This document shows, in pieces, positions 53,130 to 64,000 of a stretch of 64,000 nucleotides of DNA. This DNA comes from Eledone cirrhosa (Eukaryota), in contig OZ024741.1 of NCBI GenBank assembly GCA_964016885.1, positions 250,418,001-250,482,000 of the forward strand, written 5' to 3'. Position 1 is the stretch's first letter; every line of letters begins with the position of its first letter. Below the pieces are notes generated by a model. It saw only the letters and a program-made list of their open reading frames with translations. It was not told the origin of the DNA and ran no database searches. Both the position numbers and the translations under genes were made by a program.

Positions 53130-54420
53130 TCAAGGGCCGATAATTTCCAGCTGTCCAAGGGGAGATAATTTCCAGCCGTGCAAGGGAAGATAATTTCCAG
53201 CCGTCCAAGGGGAGATAATTTCCCGCCAGCCAAGGGAAGATAATTTTTAAAAAAATCAGACGGAGATAATTTGTAGAAAAATCAGGGGGAGATAATTTCC
53301 AGCCGTCCAAGGGGAGATAATTTTCAGCCGTGCAAGGAGAGGTAATTTCTAGCCGTCCAAGGGGAGATAATTTCCAGCCGTGCAAGGGGAGATAATTTCC
53401 AGCCGTCCAAGGGGAGATAATTTCCATCCTTCCAAGGGGAGATAATTTCCAGCCGTCCAAGGGGAGATAATTTCCCGCCAGCCAAGGGAAGATAATATTT
53501 TAAAAAATTAGGCGGAGATAATTTGTAAAAAAAATCAGGGGGAGATAATTTGTAAAAAAATCAGGGGGAGATAATTTGTAAAAAAAAATCAGGGGGAGAT
53601 AATTTGTAAAAAAAATCAGGGGAAGATAATTTGTAAAAAAAAATCAGGGGTAGATAATTTGTAAAAAAAATCAGGGGGAGATAATTTGTAAAAAAAATCA
53701 AGGGGAGATAATTTGCAGCCGTCCAAGGGGAGATAATTTCCAGCCGTCCAAAGAGAGATAATTTCTAGCCGTCCAAGGGGAGATAATTTCCAGCCGTCCA
53801 AGGGGAGATAATTTCCAGCCGTCCAAGGGGAGATAATTTTTTAAAATATCAGGTGGAGATAATTTGTAAAAAAATCAGGGGGAGATAATTTGTAAAAACA
53901 AAATCAAGGGCAGATAATTTCCAGCCGTCCAAGGGGAGATAATTTCCCGCCAGCCAAGGGAAGATAATTTTTAAAAAAATCAGACGGAGATAATTTGTAG
54001 AAAAATCAGGGGGAGATAATTTCCAGCCGTCCAAGGGGAGATAATTTTCAGCCGTGCAAGGAGAGGTAATTTCTAGCCGTCCAAGGGGAGATAATTTCCA
54101 GCCGTGCAAGGGGAGATAATTTCCAGCCGTCCAAGGGGAGATAATTTCCATCCTTCCAAGGGGAGATAATTTCCAGCCGTCCAAGGGGAGATAATTTCCC
54201 GCCAGCCAAGGGAAGATAATATTTTAAAAAATTAGGCGGAGATAATTTGTAAAAAAAATCAGGGGGAGATAATTTGTAAAAAAATCAGGGGGAGATAATT
54301 TGTAAAAAAATCAGGGGGAGATAATTTGTAAAAAAAAAATCAGGGGGAGATAATTTGTAAAAAAAATCAGGGGAAGATAATTTGTAAAAAAAAATCAGGG
54401 GTAGATAATTTGTAAAAAAA
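53130..54420. repeat. About 724-bp tandem duplication
   Basis: CAGACGGAGATAATTTGTAGAAAA at 53257/53981. AAAAAATTAGGCGG at about 53502/54226. ORF ends 53460 and 54184 are 724 bp apart. Confidence 0.85.
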
Positions 54421-57400
54421 ATCAGGGGGAGATAATTTGTAAAAAAAAAATCAGGGGGAGATAATTTGTAAAAAAATCAAGAGGAGATAATTTCCAGCCG
54501 TCCAAGGGGAGATAATTTTCAGCCGTCCAAGGAGAGGTAATTTCTAGCCGTCCAAGGGGAGATAATTTCCAGCCGTCCAAGGGGAGATAATTTCCAGCCG
54601 TCCAAGGGAGGATAATTTTAAAAAAAAATCAGGCGGAGATAATTTGTAAAAAAAAAATCAGGGGGAGATAATTTGTAAAAAAAAATCAGGGGGAGATAAT
54701 TTGTAAAAAAATCAAGGGGAGATAATTCCCAGCCGTCCAAGGGAAGATAATTTCCAGCCCTCCAAGGGAAGATAACTTCCAGCCCTCCAAGGGGCTATAA
54801 TTTCCAGCGTCCAAGGGGAGATAATTTCCAGCCAGCGAAGGGGAGATAATTTTTTTTAAAAAATCACTGGGAGATTTGTAAAAAAAATCAGGGCGAGATA
54901 ATTTGTAAAAAAAATCAAGGGGAGATAATTTCCAGCCGTCCAAAGAGAGATAATTTCTAGCCGTCCAAGGGGAGATAATTTCCAGCCAAGGGGAGATAAT
55001 TTCCAGCCGTCCAAGGGGAGATAATTTTTAAAAAAATCAGGTGGAGATAATTTGTAAAAAAAATCAGGGGAAGATAATTTGTAAAAACAAAATCAAGGGC
55101 AGATAATTTCCAGCCGTCCAAGGGGAGATAATTTCCAGCAGTGCAAGGGGAGATAATTTCCAGCCGTCCAAGGGGAGATAATTTCCATCCTTCCAAGGGG
55201 AGATAATTTCCAGGCGTCCAAGGGGAGATAATTTCCCGCCAGCCAAGGGAAGATAATATTTAAAAAAATCAGGCGGAGATAATTTGTAAAAAAAATCAGG
55301 GGGAGATAATTTGGAAAAAAAATCAGGGGTAGATGATTTGTAAAAAAATCAAGTGGAGATAATTTCCAGCCGTCCAAGGGGAGATAATTTTCAGCCGTCC
55401 AAGGAGAGGTAATTTCTAGCCGTCCAAGGGGAGATAATTTCTAGCCGACCAAGGGGAGATAATTTCCAGCCGTCCAAGGGGAGATAATTTAAAAAAAAAA
55501 TCAGGCGGAGCTAATTTGTAAAAAAAAATCAGGGGCAGATAATTTGTAAGAAAAAATCAGGGGGAGATAATTTGTATACAAAATCAAGGGGAGATAATTT
55601 CCAGCCGTCCAAGGGGAGATAATTTCCAGCCGTCCAAGGTGAGATAATTTCCAGCCAGCCAAGGGGAGATAATTTCCAGCCAGCCAAGGGGAGATATTTG
55701 TAAAAAAAATCAGGGGGAGATAATTTGTAAAAAAAAAATCAGGGGTAGATAATTTGTAGAAGACATCAAGGGGAGATAATTTCCAACCGTCCAAGGGGAG
55801 AAAATTTCCATCCAGCCAAGGGGAGATAATTTAAAAAAAAAAATCAGGCGGAGATAATTTGTAAAAAAAAATCAGGGGGAGATAATTAGTAAAAAAAATC
55901 AAGGGGAGATAATTTCCAGCCGTCCAAGGGGAGATAATTTCCAGCCCTACAAGCAGCTATAATTTCCAGTCGTCCAAAGGGAGATAATTTCCAGCCGTCC
56001 AAGGGGAGATAATTTCCAGCCGTTCAAGTGGAGATAATTTCCAGCCGTCCAAGGAGAGGTAATTTCTAGCCGTCCAAGGGGAGATAATTTCCAGCCCTCC
56101 AAGGGGAGATAAATTCCAGCCTCCAAGGGGAGATAATTTCCAGCCAGCCAAGGGGAGATAATTTGTAAAAAAATCAGGGGGAGATAATTTGTAAAAAAAA
56201 ATCAGGGGGAGATAATTTGTAAAAAAAATCAGGGGGAGATAATTTGTAAAAAAAAATCAGGGGGAGATAATTTGTAAAAAAATCAAGGGGAGATAATTTT
56301 GAGCCGTCCAAGGGGAGATAATTTTCAGCCGTCCAAGGAGAGGTAATTTCTAGCCGTCCAAGGGGATATAATTTCCAGCGTCCAAGGGGAGATAATTTCC
56401 AGCCAGCGAAGGGGAGATAATTTTTTTAAAAAATCACTGGGAGATTTGTAAAAAAAATCAGGGGGAGATAATTTGTAAAAAAAATCAAGGGGAGATAATT
56501 TCCAGCCGTCCAAAGAGAGATAATTTCTAGCCGTCCAAGGGGAGATAATTTCCAGCCAAGGGGAAATAATTTCCAGCCGTCCAAGGGGAGATAATTTCCA
56601 GCCGTGCAAGGGGAGATAATTTCCAGCCGTCCAAGGGGAGATAATTTCCATCCTTCCAAGGGGAGATAATTTCCAGCCGTCCAAGGGGAGATTATTTCCC
56701 GCCAGCCAAGGGAAGGTAATATTTAAAAAAAATCAGGCGGAGATAATTTGTAAAATAAATCAGGGGGAGATAATTTGTAAAAAAATAAGGGGGAGATAAT
56801 TTGTAAAAAAGATAAGGGGGAGATAATTTGTAAAAAAAAATCAGGGGTAGATAATATGTAAAATAATATCAGTGGGAGATAATTTGTAAAAAAAAAAATC
56901 AGGGGGAGATAATTTGTAAAAAAAATCAAGGGGAGATAATTTTCAGCCGTCCAAGGAGGGCTAATTTCTAGCCGTCCAAGGGGAGATAATTTCCAGCCGT
57001 CCAGGGGAAGATAATTTCCAGCCTCCAAGGGGCTATAATTTCCAGCCTCCAAGGGGAGATAATTTCCAGCCAGCGAAGGGGAGATAATTTTTTTTAAAAA
57101 ATCACTGGGAGATTTGTAAAAAAAATCAGGGGGAGATAATTTGTAAAAAGAATCAAGGGGAGATTATTTCCAGCCGTCCAAAGAGAGATAATTTCTAGCC
57201 GTCCAAGGGGAGATAAATTCCAGCCAAGGGTAGATAATTTCCAGCCGTCCAAGGGGAGATAATTTTTTTAAAATATAGGTGGAGATAATTTGTAAAAAAA
57301 ATCAGGGGGAGATAATTTGTAAAAACAAAATCAAGGACAGATAATTTCCAGCCGTCCAAGGGGAGATAATTTCTAGCCGTGCAAGGGGAGATAATTTGTA

Positions 57401-58979
57401 AAAAAAATCAGGGGGAGATAATTTCCAGCCGTCCAAGGGGAGATAATTTTCAGCCGTCCAAGGAGAGGTAATTTCTAGCCGTCCAAGGGAAGATAATTTC
57501 CAGCCGTCCAAGGAGAGGTAATTTCTAGCCGTCCAAGGGGAGATAATGTCCAGCCGTCCTAGGGGAGATAATTTCCAGCCGTCCAAGGGGAGATAATTTT
57601 TAAAAAAATCAGGCGGAGATAATTTGTAAAAAAAAAATCAGGGGGAGATAATTTGTAAAAAAAATCAGGGGGAGATAATTTGTAAAAAAAATCAAGGGGA
57701 GATAATTTCCAGCCAGCGAAGGGGAGATAGTTTTTTTAAAAAAATCACTGGGGGATTTGTAAAAAAAATCAGGGGGAGATAATTTGTAAAAAAATCAAGG
57801 GGAGATAATTTCCAGCCGTCCAAAGAGAGATAATTTCTAGCCGTCCAAGGGGAGATAATTTCCAGCCAAGGGGAGATAATTTCCAGCCGTCCAAGGGGAG
57901 ATAATTTTTTTAAAAATCAGGTGGAGATAATTTGTAAAAAAAATCAGGGGATGATAATTTGTAAAAACAAAATCAAGGGCAGATAATTTTTAGCCGTCCA
58001 AGGGGAGATAATTTCCAGCAGTGCAAGGGGAGATAATTTCCAGCCGTCCAAGGGGAGATAATTTCCATCCTTCCAAGGGAAGATAATTTCCAGCCGTCCA
58101 AGGGGAGATAATTTGTAAAAAAAAATCAAGGGGAGATAATTTCCAGCCGTCCAAGGGGAGATAATTTTCAGCCGTCCAAGGAGAGGTAATTTCTAGCCGT
58201 CCAAGGGGAGATAATTTCCAGCCGTCCTAGGGGAGATAATTTTAAAAAAAAATCAGGCGGAGATAATTTGTAAAAAAAAAATCAGGGGGAGATAATTTGT
58301 AAAAACAAAATCAAGGGCAGATAATTTCCAGCCGTCCAAAGGGAGATAATTTCCAGCAGTGCAAGGGGAGATAATTTCCAGCCGTCCAAGGGGAGATAAT
58401 TTCCATCCTTCCAAGGGGAGATAATTTCCAGGCGTCCAAGGGGAGATAATTTCCCGCCAGCCAAGGGAAGATAATATTTAAAAAAATCAGGCGGAGATAA
58501 TTTGTAAAAAAATCAGGGGGAAATAATTTGTAAAAAAAAACAGGGGGAGATAATTTGTAAAAAAAAATCAGGGGGAGATAATTTGTAAAAAAAATCAACG
58601 GGAGATAATTTCCAGCCGTCCAAGGGAAGATAATTTCCAGCCCTCCAAGGGAAGATAACTTCCAGCCCTCCAAGGGGCTATAATTTCCAGCGTCCAAGGG
58701 GAGATAATTTCCAGCCAGCGAAGGGGAGATAATTTTTTTAAAAAAATCACTGGGAGATTTGTAAAAAAAATCAGGGGTAGATAATTTGTAAAAAAAAATC
58801 AGGGGGAGAAAATTTGTAAAAAAAAATCGGGGGGAGATAATTTTTAAAAAATCAAGGGGAGATAATTTCCAGCCGTCCAAGGGAAGATAATTTTCAGCCG
58901 TCCAAGGAGAGGTAATTTCTAGCCGTTCAAGGCGAGATAATTTCCAGCCGTCCAAGGGGAGATAATTTCCAGCCGTCCA

Positions 58980-60990
58980 AGGGGAGATAATTTTTAAAAA
59001 AAATCAGGCGGAGCTAATTTGTAAAAAAATAATCAGGGGCAGATAATTTGTAAAAAAAAATCAGGGGGAGATAATTTGTATACAAAATCAAGGCGAGATA
59101 ATTTCCAGCCGTCCAAGGCGAGATAATTTCCAGCCGTCCAAGGGGAGATAATTTACAGCTCTCCAAGTAGAGGTAATTTCTAGGCGTCCAAGGGGAGATA
59201 ATTTCCAGCCGTCCAAGGGGAGATAATTTCCAGCCAGCCAAGGGGAGATAATTTCCAGCCAGCCAAGGGGAGATATTTGTAAAAAAAATCAGGGAGAGAT
59301 AATTTGTAAAAAAAAAATCAGGGGTAGATAATTTGTAGAAGACATAAAGGGGAGATAATTTCCAGCCGTCCAAGGGGACAAAATTTCCATCCAGCCAAGG
59401 GGAGATAATTTTTTTAAAAAAATCATGCGGAGATAATTTGTAAAAAAAAATCAGGGGGAGATAATTAGTAAAAAAAATCAAGGGGAGATAATTTCCAGCC
59501 GTCCAAGGGGAGATAATTTCCAGCCCTACAAGCAGCTATAATTTCCAGCCGTCCAAAGGGAGATAATTTCCAGCCAGCGAAGGGGAGATAATTTTTTTTT
59601 AAATTAGGGGGAGATTTGTAAAAAAAATCAGGGGGAGATAATTTGTAAAAAAAATCAAGGGGAAATAATTTCCAGCCGTCCAAGGGGAGATAATTTCCAG
59701 CCGTCCAAGGGGAGATAATTTCCAGCCGTCCAAGGAGAGGTAATTTCTAGCCGTCCAAGGGGAGATAATTTCCAGCCGTCCAAGGGGAGATAATTTCCAG
59801 CCGTCCAAGGGGAGATAATTTCCAGCCGTTCAAGGGGAGATAATTTCCAGCCGTCCAAGGGGAGATAATTTTTTTAAAAAAATCAGGCGGAGATAATTTG
59901 TAAAAAAAAATCGGGGAGATAATTCGTAAAAAAAAATCAGGGGGAGATAATATGTAAAAAAAATCAAGGGGAGATAATTTCCAGCCGTCCAAGGGAAGAT
60001 AATTTCCAGCCCTCCAAGGGGCTATAATTTCCAGCGTCCAAGGGGAGATAATTTCCAGCCAGCGAAAGGGAGATAATTTTTTAAAAAAATCAGGCGGAGA
60101 TGATTTGTAAAAAAAATCAGGTGGAGATAATTTGTTAAAAAAAATCAGGGGGCGATAATTTCCAGCCGTCCAAGGGGAGATAATTTTCAGCCGTCCAAGG
60201 AGAGGTAATTTCTAGCCGTTCAAGGGGAGATAATTTCCAGCCGTCCAAGGGGAGATAATTTCCAGCCGTCCAAGGGGAGATAATTTAAAAAAAAAATCAG
60301 GCGGAGCTAATTTGTAAAAAAATAATCAGGGGCAGATAATTTGTAAAAAAAAATCAGGGGGAGATAATTTGTATACAAAATCAAGGGGAGATAATTTCCA
60401 GCCGTCCAAGGCGAGATAATTTCTAGCCGTCCAAGGGGAGATAATTTACAGCTGTCCAAGGAGAGGTAATTTCTAGGCGTCCAAGGGGAGATAATTTCCA
60501 GCCGTCCAAGGGGAGATCATTTCCAGCCTGCCGAGGGGAGATAATTTCCAGGCAGCCAAGGGGAGATATTTGTAAAAAAAAATCAGGGGGAGATAATTAG
60601 TAAAAAAAATCAAGGGGAGATAATTTCCAGCCGTCCAAGGGGAGATAATTTCCAGCCCTACAAGCAGCTATAATTTCCAGCCGTCCAAAGGGAGATAATT
60701 TCCAGCCGTCCAAGGGGAGATAATTTTTTTTTAAATTAGTGGGAGATTTGTAAAAAAAATCAGGGGGAGATAATTTGAAAAAAAAATCAAGGGGAAATAA
60801 TTTCCAGCCGTCCAAGGGGAGATAATTTCCAGCCGTCCAAGGGGAGATAATTTCCAGCCGTCCAAGGAGAGGTAATTTCTAGCCGTCCAAGGGGAGATAA
60901 TTTCCAGCCGTCCAAGGGGAGATAATTTCCAGCCGTCCAAGGGGAGATAATTTCCAGCCGTTCAAGGGGAGATAATTTCCAGCCGTCCAA
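58980..60990. repeat. About 1.1-1.3 kb diverged duplication, with a related copy near 55.5-56.0 kb
   Basis: GGAGCTAAT, TGTATACAAAATC (about 55573, 59077, 60370), TTTACAGCT and CCCTACAAGCAGCTA are repeated. ORFs 59465-59683 and 60597-60815 are offset by 1132 bp. Confidence 0.75.
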
Positions 60991-62579
60991 GGAGAGGTAA
61001 TTTCTAGCCGTCCAAGGGGAGATAATTTCCAGCCGTCCAAGGGGAGATAAATTCCAGCCTCCAAGGGGAGATAATTTCCAGCCAGCCAAGGGGAGATAAT
61101 TTGTAAAAAAATCAGGGGGAGATAATTTGTAAGAAAAATCAGGGGGAGATAATTTGTAAAAAAAAAATCAGGGGGAGATAATTTGTAAAAAAAATCAGGG
61201 GGAGATAATTTGTAAAAAAAATCAAGGGGAGATAATTTCCAGCCGTCCAAGGGGAGATAATTTTCAGCCGTCCAAGGAGAGGTAATTTCTAGCCGTCCAA
61301 GGGGAGATAATTTCCAGCCGTCCAAGGGGAGATAATTTCCAGCCGTCCAAGGGGAGATAATTTAAAAAAAAAATCAGGCGGAGATAATTTGTAAAAAAAA
61401 AATCAGGGGCAGATAATTTGTAAAAAAAAATCGGGGAGATAATTTGTAAAAAAAAATCAGGGGGAGATAATATGTAAAAAAAATCAAGGGGAGATAATTT
61501 CCAGCCGTCCAAGGGAAGATAATTTCCAGCCCTCCAAGGGGCTATAATTTCCAGCGTCCAAGGGGAGATTATTTCCAGACAGCGAAAGGGAGATAATTTT
61601 TTTTAAAAAATCACTGGGAGATTTGTAAAAAAAATCAGGGGGAGATAATTTGTAAAAAAAATCAAGGGGAGATAATTTCCAGCCGTCCAAAGAGAGATAA
61701 TTTCTAGCCGTCCAAGGGGAGATAATTTCCAGCCAAGGGGAGATAATTTCCAGCCGTCCAAGGGGAGATAATTTCCAGCCGTGCAAGGGGAGATAATTTC
61801 CAGCCGTCCAAGGGGAGATTATTTCCCGCCAGCCAAGGGAAGATAATATTTAAAAAAATCAGGCGGAGATAATTTGTAAAATAAATTAGGGGGAGATAAT
61901 TTGTAAAAAAATCAGGGGGAGATAATTTGTAAAAAAAAAATCAGGGGGAGATAATTTGTAAAAAAGATCAGGTGGAGATAATTTGTAAAAAAAAATCAGG
62001 GGTAGATAATATGTAAAATAAAATCAGGGGGAGATAATTTGTAAAAAAAAAAATCAGGGGGAGATAATTTGTAAAAAATTCAAGGGGAGATAATTTTCAG
62101 CCGTCCAAGGAGAGGTAATTTCTAGCCGTCCAAGGGGAGATAATTTCAAGCCGTCCAAGGGGAGATAATTTCCACCCGTCCAAGGGGAGATAATTTGTAA
62201 AAAAAAAATCAGGGGGTGATAATTTGTAAAAAAAAATCAGGGGGAGATAATTTGTAAAAAAAATCAAGGGGAGATAATTTCCAGCCGTCCAAGGGAAGAT
62301 AATTTCCAGCCTCCAAGGGGCTATAATTTTCAGCGTCCAAGGGGAGATAATTTCCAGCCAGCGAAAGGGAGATAATTTTTTTTTAAAAATAACTGGGAGA
62401 TTTGTAAAAAAAATCAGGGGGAGATAATTTGTAAAAAGAATCAAGGGGAGATAATTTCCAGCCGTCCAAAGAGAGATAATTTCTAGCCGTCCAAGGGGAG
62501 ATAATTTCCAGCCAAGGGGAGATAATTTCCAGCCGTCCAAGGGGAGATAATTTCCAGCCGTGCAAGGGGAGATAATTTG

Positions 62580-63720
62580 TAAAAAAAATCAGGGGGAGAT
62601 AATTTCCAGCCGTCCAAGGGGAGATAATTTTCAGCCGTCCAAGGAGAGCTAATTTCTAGCCGTCCAAGGGAAGATAATTTCCAGCCGTGCAAGGGGAGAT
62701 AATTTCCAGCCGTCCAAGGGGAGATAATTTCCATCCAGCCAAGGGGAGATAATTTTAAAAAAATCAGGCGGAGATAATTTGTAAAAAAAAATCATGGGGA
62801 GATAATTTGTAAAAAAATCAGGGGTAGATAATTTGTAAAAAAAATCAAGGGGAGATAATTTCCAGCCGTCCAAGGGGAGATAATTTCCAGCCAGCGAAGG
62901 AGAGATAATTTTTTTTTTAAATCAGGGGTAGATTGGTAAAAAAAAATCAGGGGGAGATAATTTGTAAAAAAATCAAGGGGAGATAATTTCCAGCCGTCGA
63001 AGGAGAGATAATTTATAGCCGTCCAAGGGGAGATAATTCCCAGCAAGCCAAGGGAGATAAGTTTTTAAAAAAATCAGGCGGAGATGATTTGTAAAAAAAA
63101 TCAGGTGGAGATAATTTCCAGCCGTCCAAGGGGAGATAATTTTCAGCCGTCCAAGGAGAGGTAATTTCTAGCCGTCCAAGGGGAGATAATTTCCAGCCGT
63201 GCAAGGGGAGATAATTTCCAGCCGTCCAAGGGGAGATAATTTCCATCCTTCCAAGGGGAGATAATTTCCAGCCGTCCAAGGGGAGATCATTTCCATCCAG
63301 CCAAGGGGAGATAATTTTAAAAAAATCAGGCGGAGATAATTTGTAAAAAAAAAATCAGGGGGAGATAATTTGTAAAAAAAATCAGGGGGAGATAATTTGT
63401 AAAAAAATCAGGGGTAGATAATTTGTAAAAAAAATCAAGGGGAGATAATTTCCAGCCGTCCAAGGGGAGATAATTTCCAGCCAGCGAAGGGGAGATAATT
63501 TTTTTTTTTAAATCAGGGGTTGATTGGTAAAAAAAAATCAGGGGGAGATAATTTGTAAAAAAATCAAGGGGAGATAATTTCCAGCCGTCGAAGGAGAGAT
63601 AATTTATAGCCGTCCAAGGGGAGATAATTTCCAGCAAGCCAAGGGAGATAATATTTTTAAAAAATCAGGCGGAGATGATTTGTAAAAAAAATCAGGTGGA
63701 GATAATTTGTTAAAAAAAAT
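62580..63720. repeat. About 560-590-bp tandem duplication
   Basis: TATAGCC at 63014/63605, CCATCCAGCC at 62731/63293, and GATTGGTA and CAGCAAGCC each twice. Confidence 0.8.
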
Positions 63721-64000
63721 CAGGGGGCGATAATTTCCAGCCGTCCAAGGGGAGATAATTTCCAGCCGTCCAAGGGGAGATAATTTTTTTTTTTAAATCA
63801 GGGGAGATAATTTGTAAAAAAAATCAGGGGGAGATAATTTGTGAAAAAAATCAGGGGGAGATAATTTGTAAAAAAAATCAGGGGGAGCTAATTTGAAAAA
63901 AAATATAAGGGGGAGATAATTTCCAGCCAGCCAAGGGGAGATAATTTCCAGCCAGCCAAGGGGAGATATTTGTAAAAAAAAATCAGGGAGAGATAATTTG

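Larger units (their letters stand above)
1..64000. repeat. Composite two-monomer satellite DNA array (25-bp type A and 26-29-bp type B monomers in alternating blocks), running off both window ends
   Basis: The core GGGGAGATAATTT or a close variant recurs every 21-31 bp from base 1 to 64000, always in the same orientation. No unique sequence is seen. Roughly 2,400-2,500 monomers (64000 / about 26). Confidence 0.99.
32841..64000. repeat. Right satellite sub-family domain, more variant-rich, containing a 7-8 kb HOR
   Basis: Diagnostic variants: GGAGACATAATTTCC, AAAACAAAATCAAGGGCAG, frequent CCGTGCAAGG/CAGTGCAAGG, ATTTATAGCC, CCCTACAAGC, TTGTAGAA and TAGATTGGTA. Confidence 0.85.

Noticed and set aside
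482-63637. Numerous minus-strand ORFs of 60-214 aa (WTAGNYLPL, GWKLSPLG and FFYKLSPPD motifs)
   Set aside because: They are translations of the satellite in all three frames. The 25-bp period cycles the frame, A-tract lengths shift it, and starts are mostly TTG (from CAA). The + strand lacks ORFs only because every monomer contains TAA. No frame is conserved.
1-64000. CRISPR-like array (constant repeat plus variable spacer)
   Set aside because: The spacers are only about 10-13 bp and of two recurring types rather than unique. No leader or cas genes are present.
1-64000. Telomeric repeat or G-quadruplex array
   Set aside because: G4-G5 runs are separated by about 21-23 nt, too long for canonical G4 loops. 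The unit does not match a telomere repeat I recognise, and multi-kb HORs point to recombinational amplification rather than telomerase synthesis.
1-64000. Poly(A)-tailed retroelement (SINE/LINE) remnants or transcription terminators
   Set aside because: The A and T tracts are integral parts of monomer B. There is no element body, target-site duplication or upstream stem-loop.
1-64000. Definite assignment as centromere core, or to a species
   Set aside because: HOR layering is compatible with a centromere, but the sequence alone gives no diagnostic motif. This needs CENP-A/CENH3 data and a database search.

Overview
The whole 64 kb window is one uninterrupted, single-orientation satellite DNA array. 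I see no credible gene, RNA gene, CRISPR array or mobile element, and I cannot assign the organism or name the satellite family; a eukaryotic heterochromatic, centromeric or subtelomeric origin is an inference. Two related short monomers share the core CA(A/G)GGGGAGATAATTT. Type A (25 bp) is AAGGGGAGATAATTTCCAGCCGTCC. Type B (about 26-29 bp) is CAGGGGGAGATAATTTGT(A7-10)T. They alternate in blocks of about 1-12 A units and 1-9 B units, with stereotyped junction monomers. The blocks are nested into higher-order repeats (HORs) and duplications of about 0.23, 0.34, 0.6, 0.72, 0.82, 1.1-1.3, 3.1-3.9, 3.4, 7-8 and 23-24.7 kb. A sharp switch between two sub-family domains occurs at about 32.85 kb. 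All ORFs in the track are minus-strand translations of the repeat. Boundaries were read by eye from diagnostic variants and ORF-track offsets, so they are approximate (about +/-50 bp).
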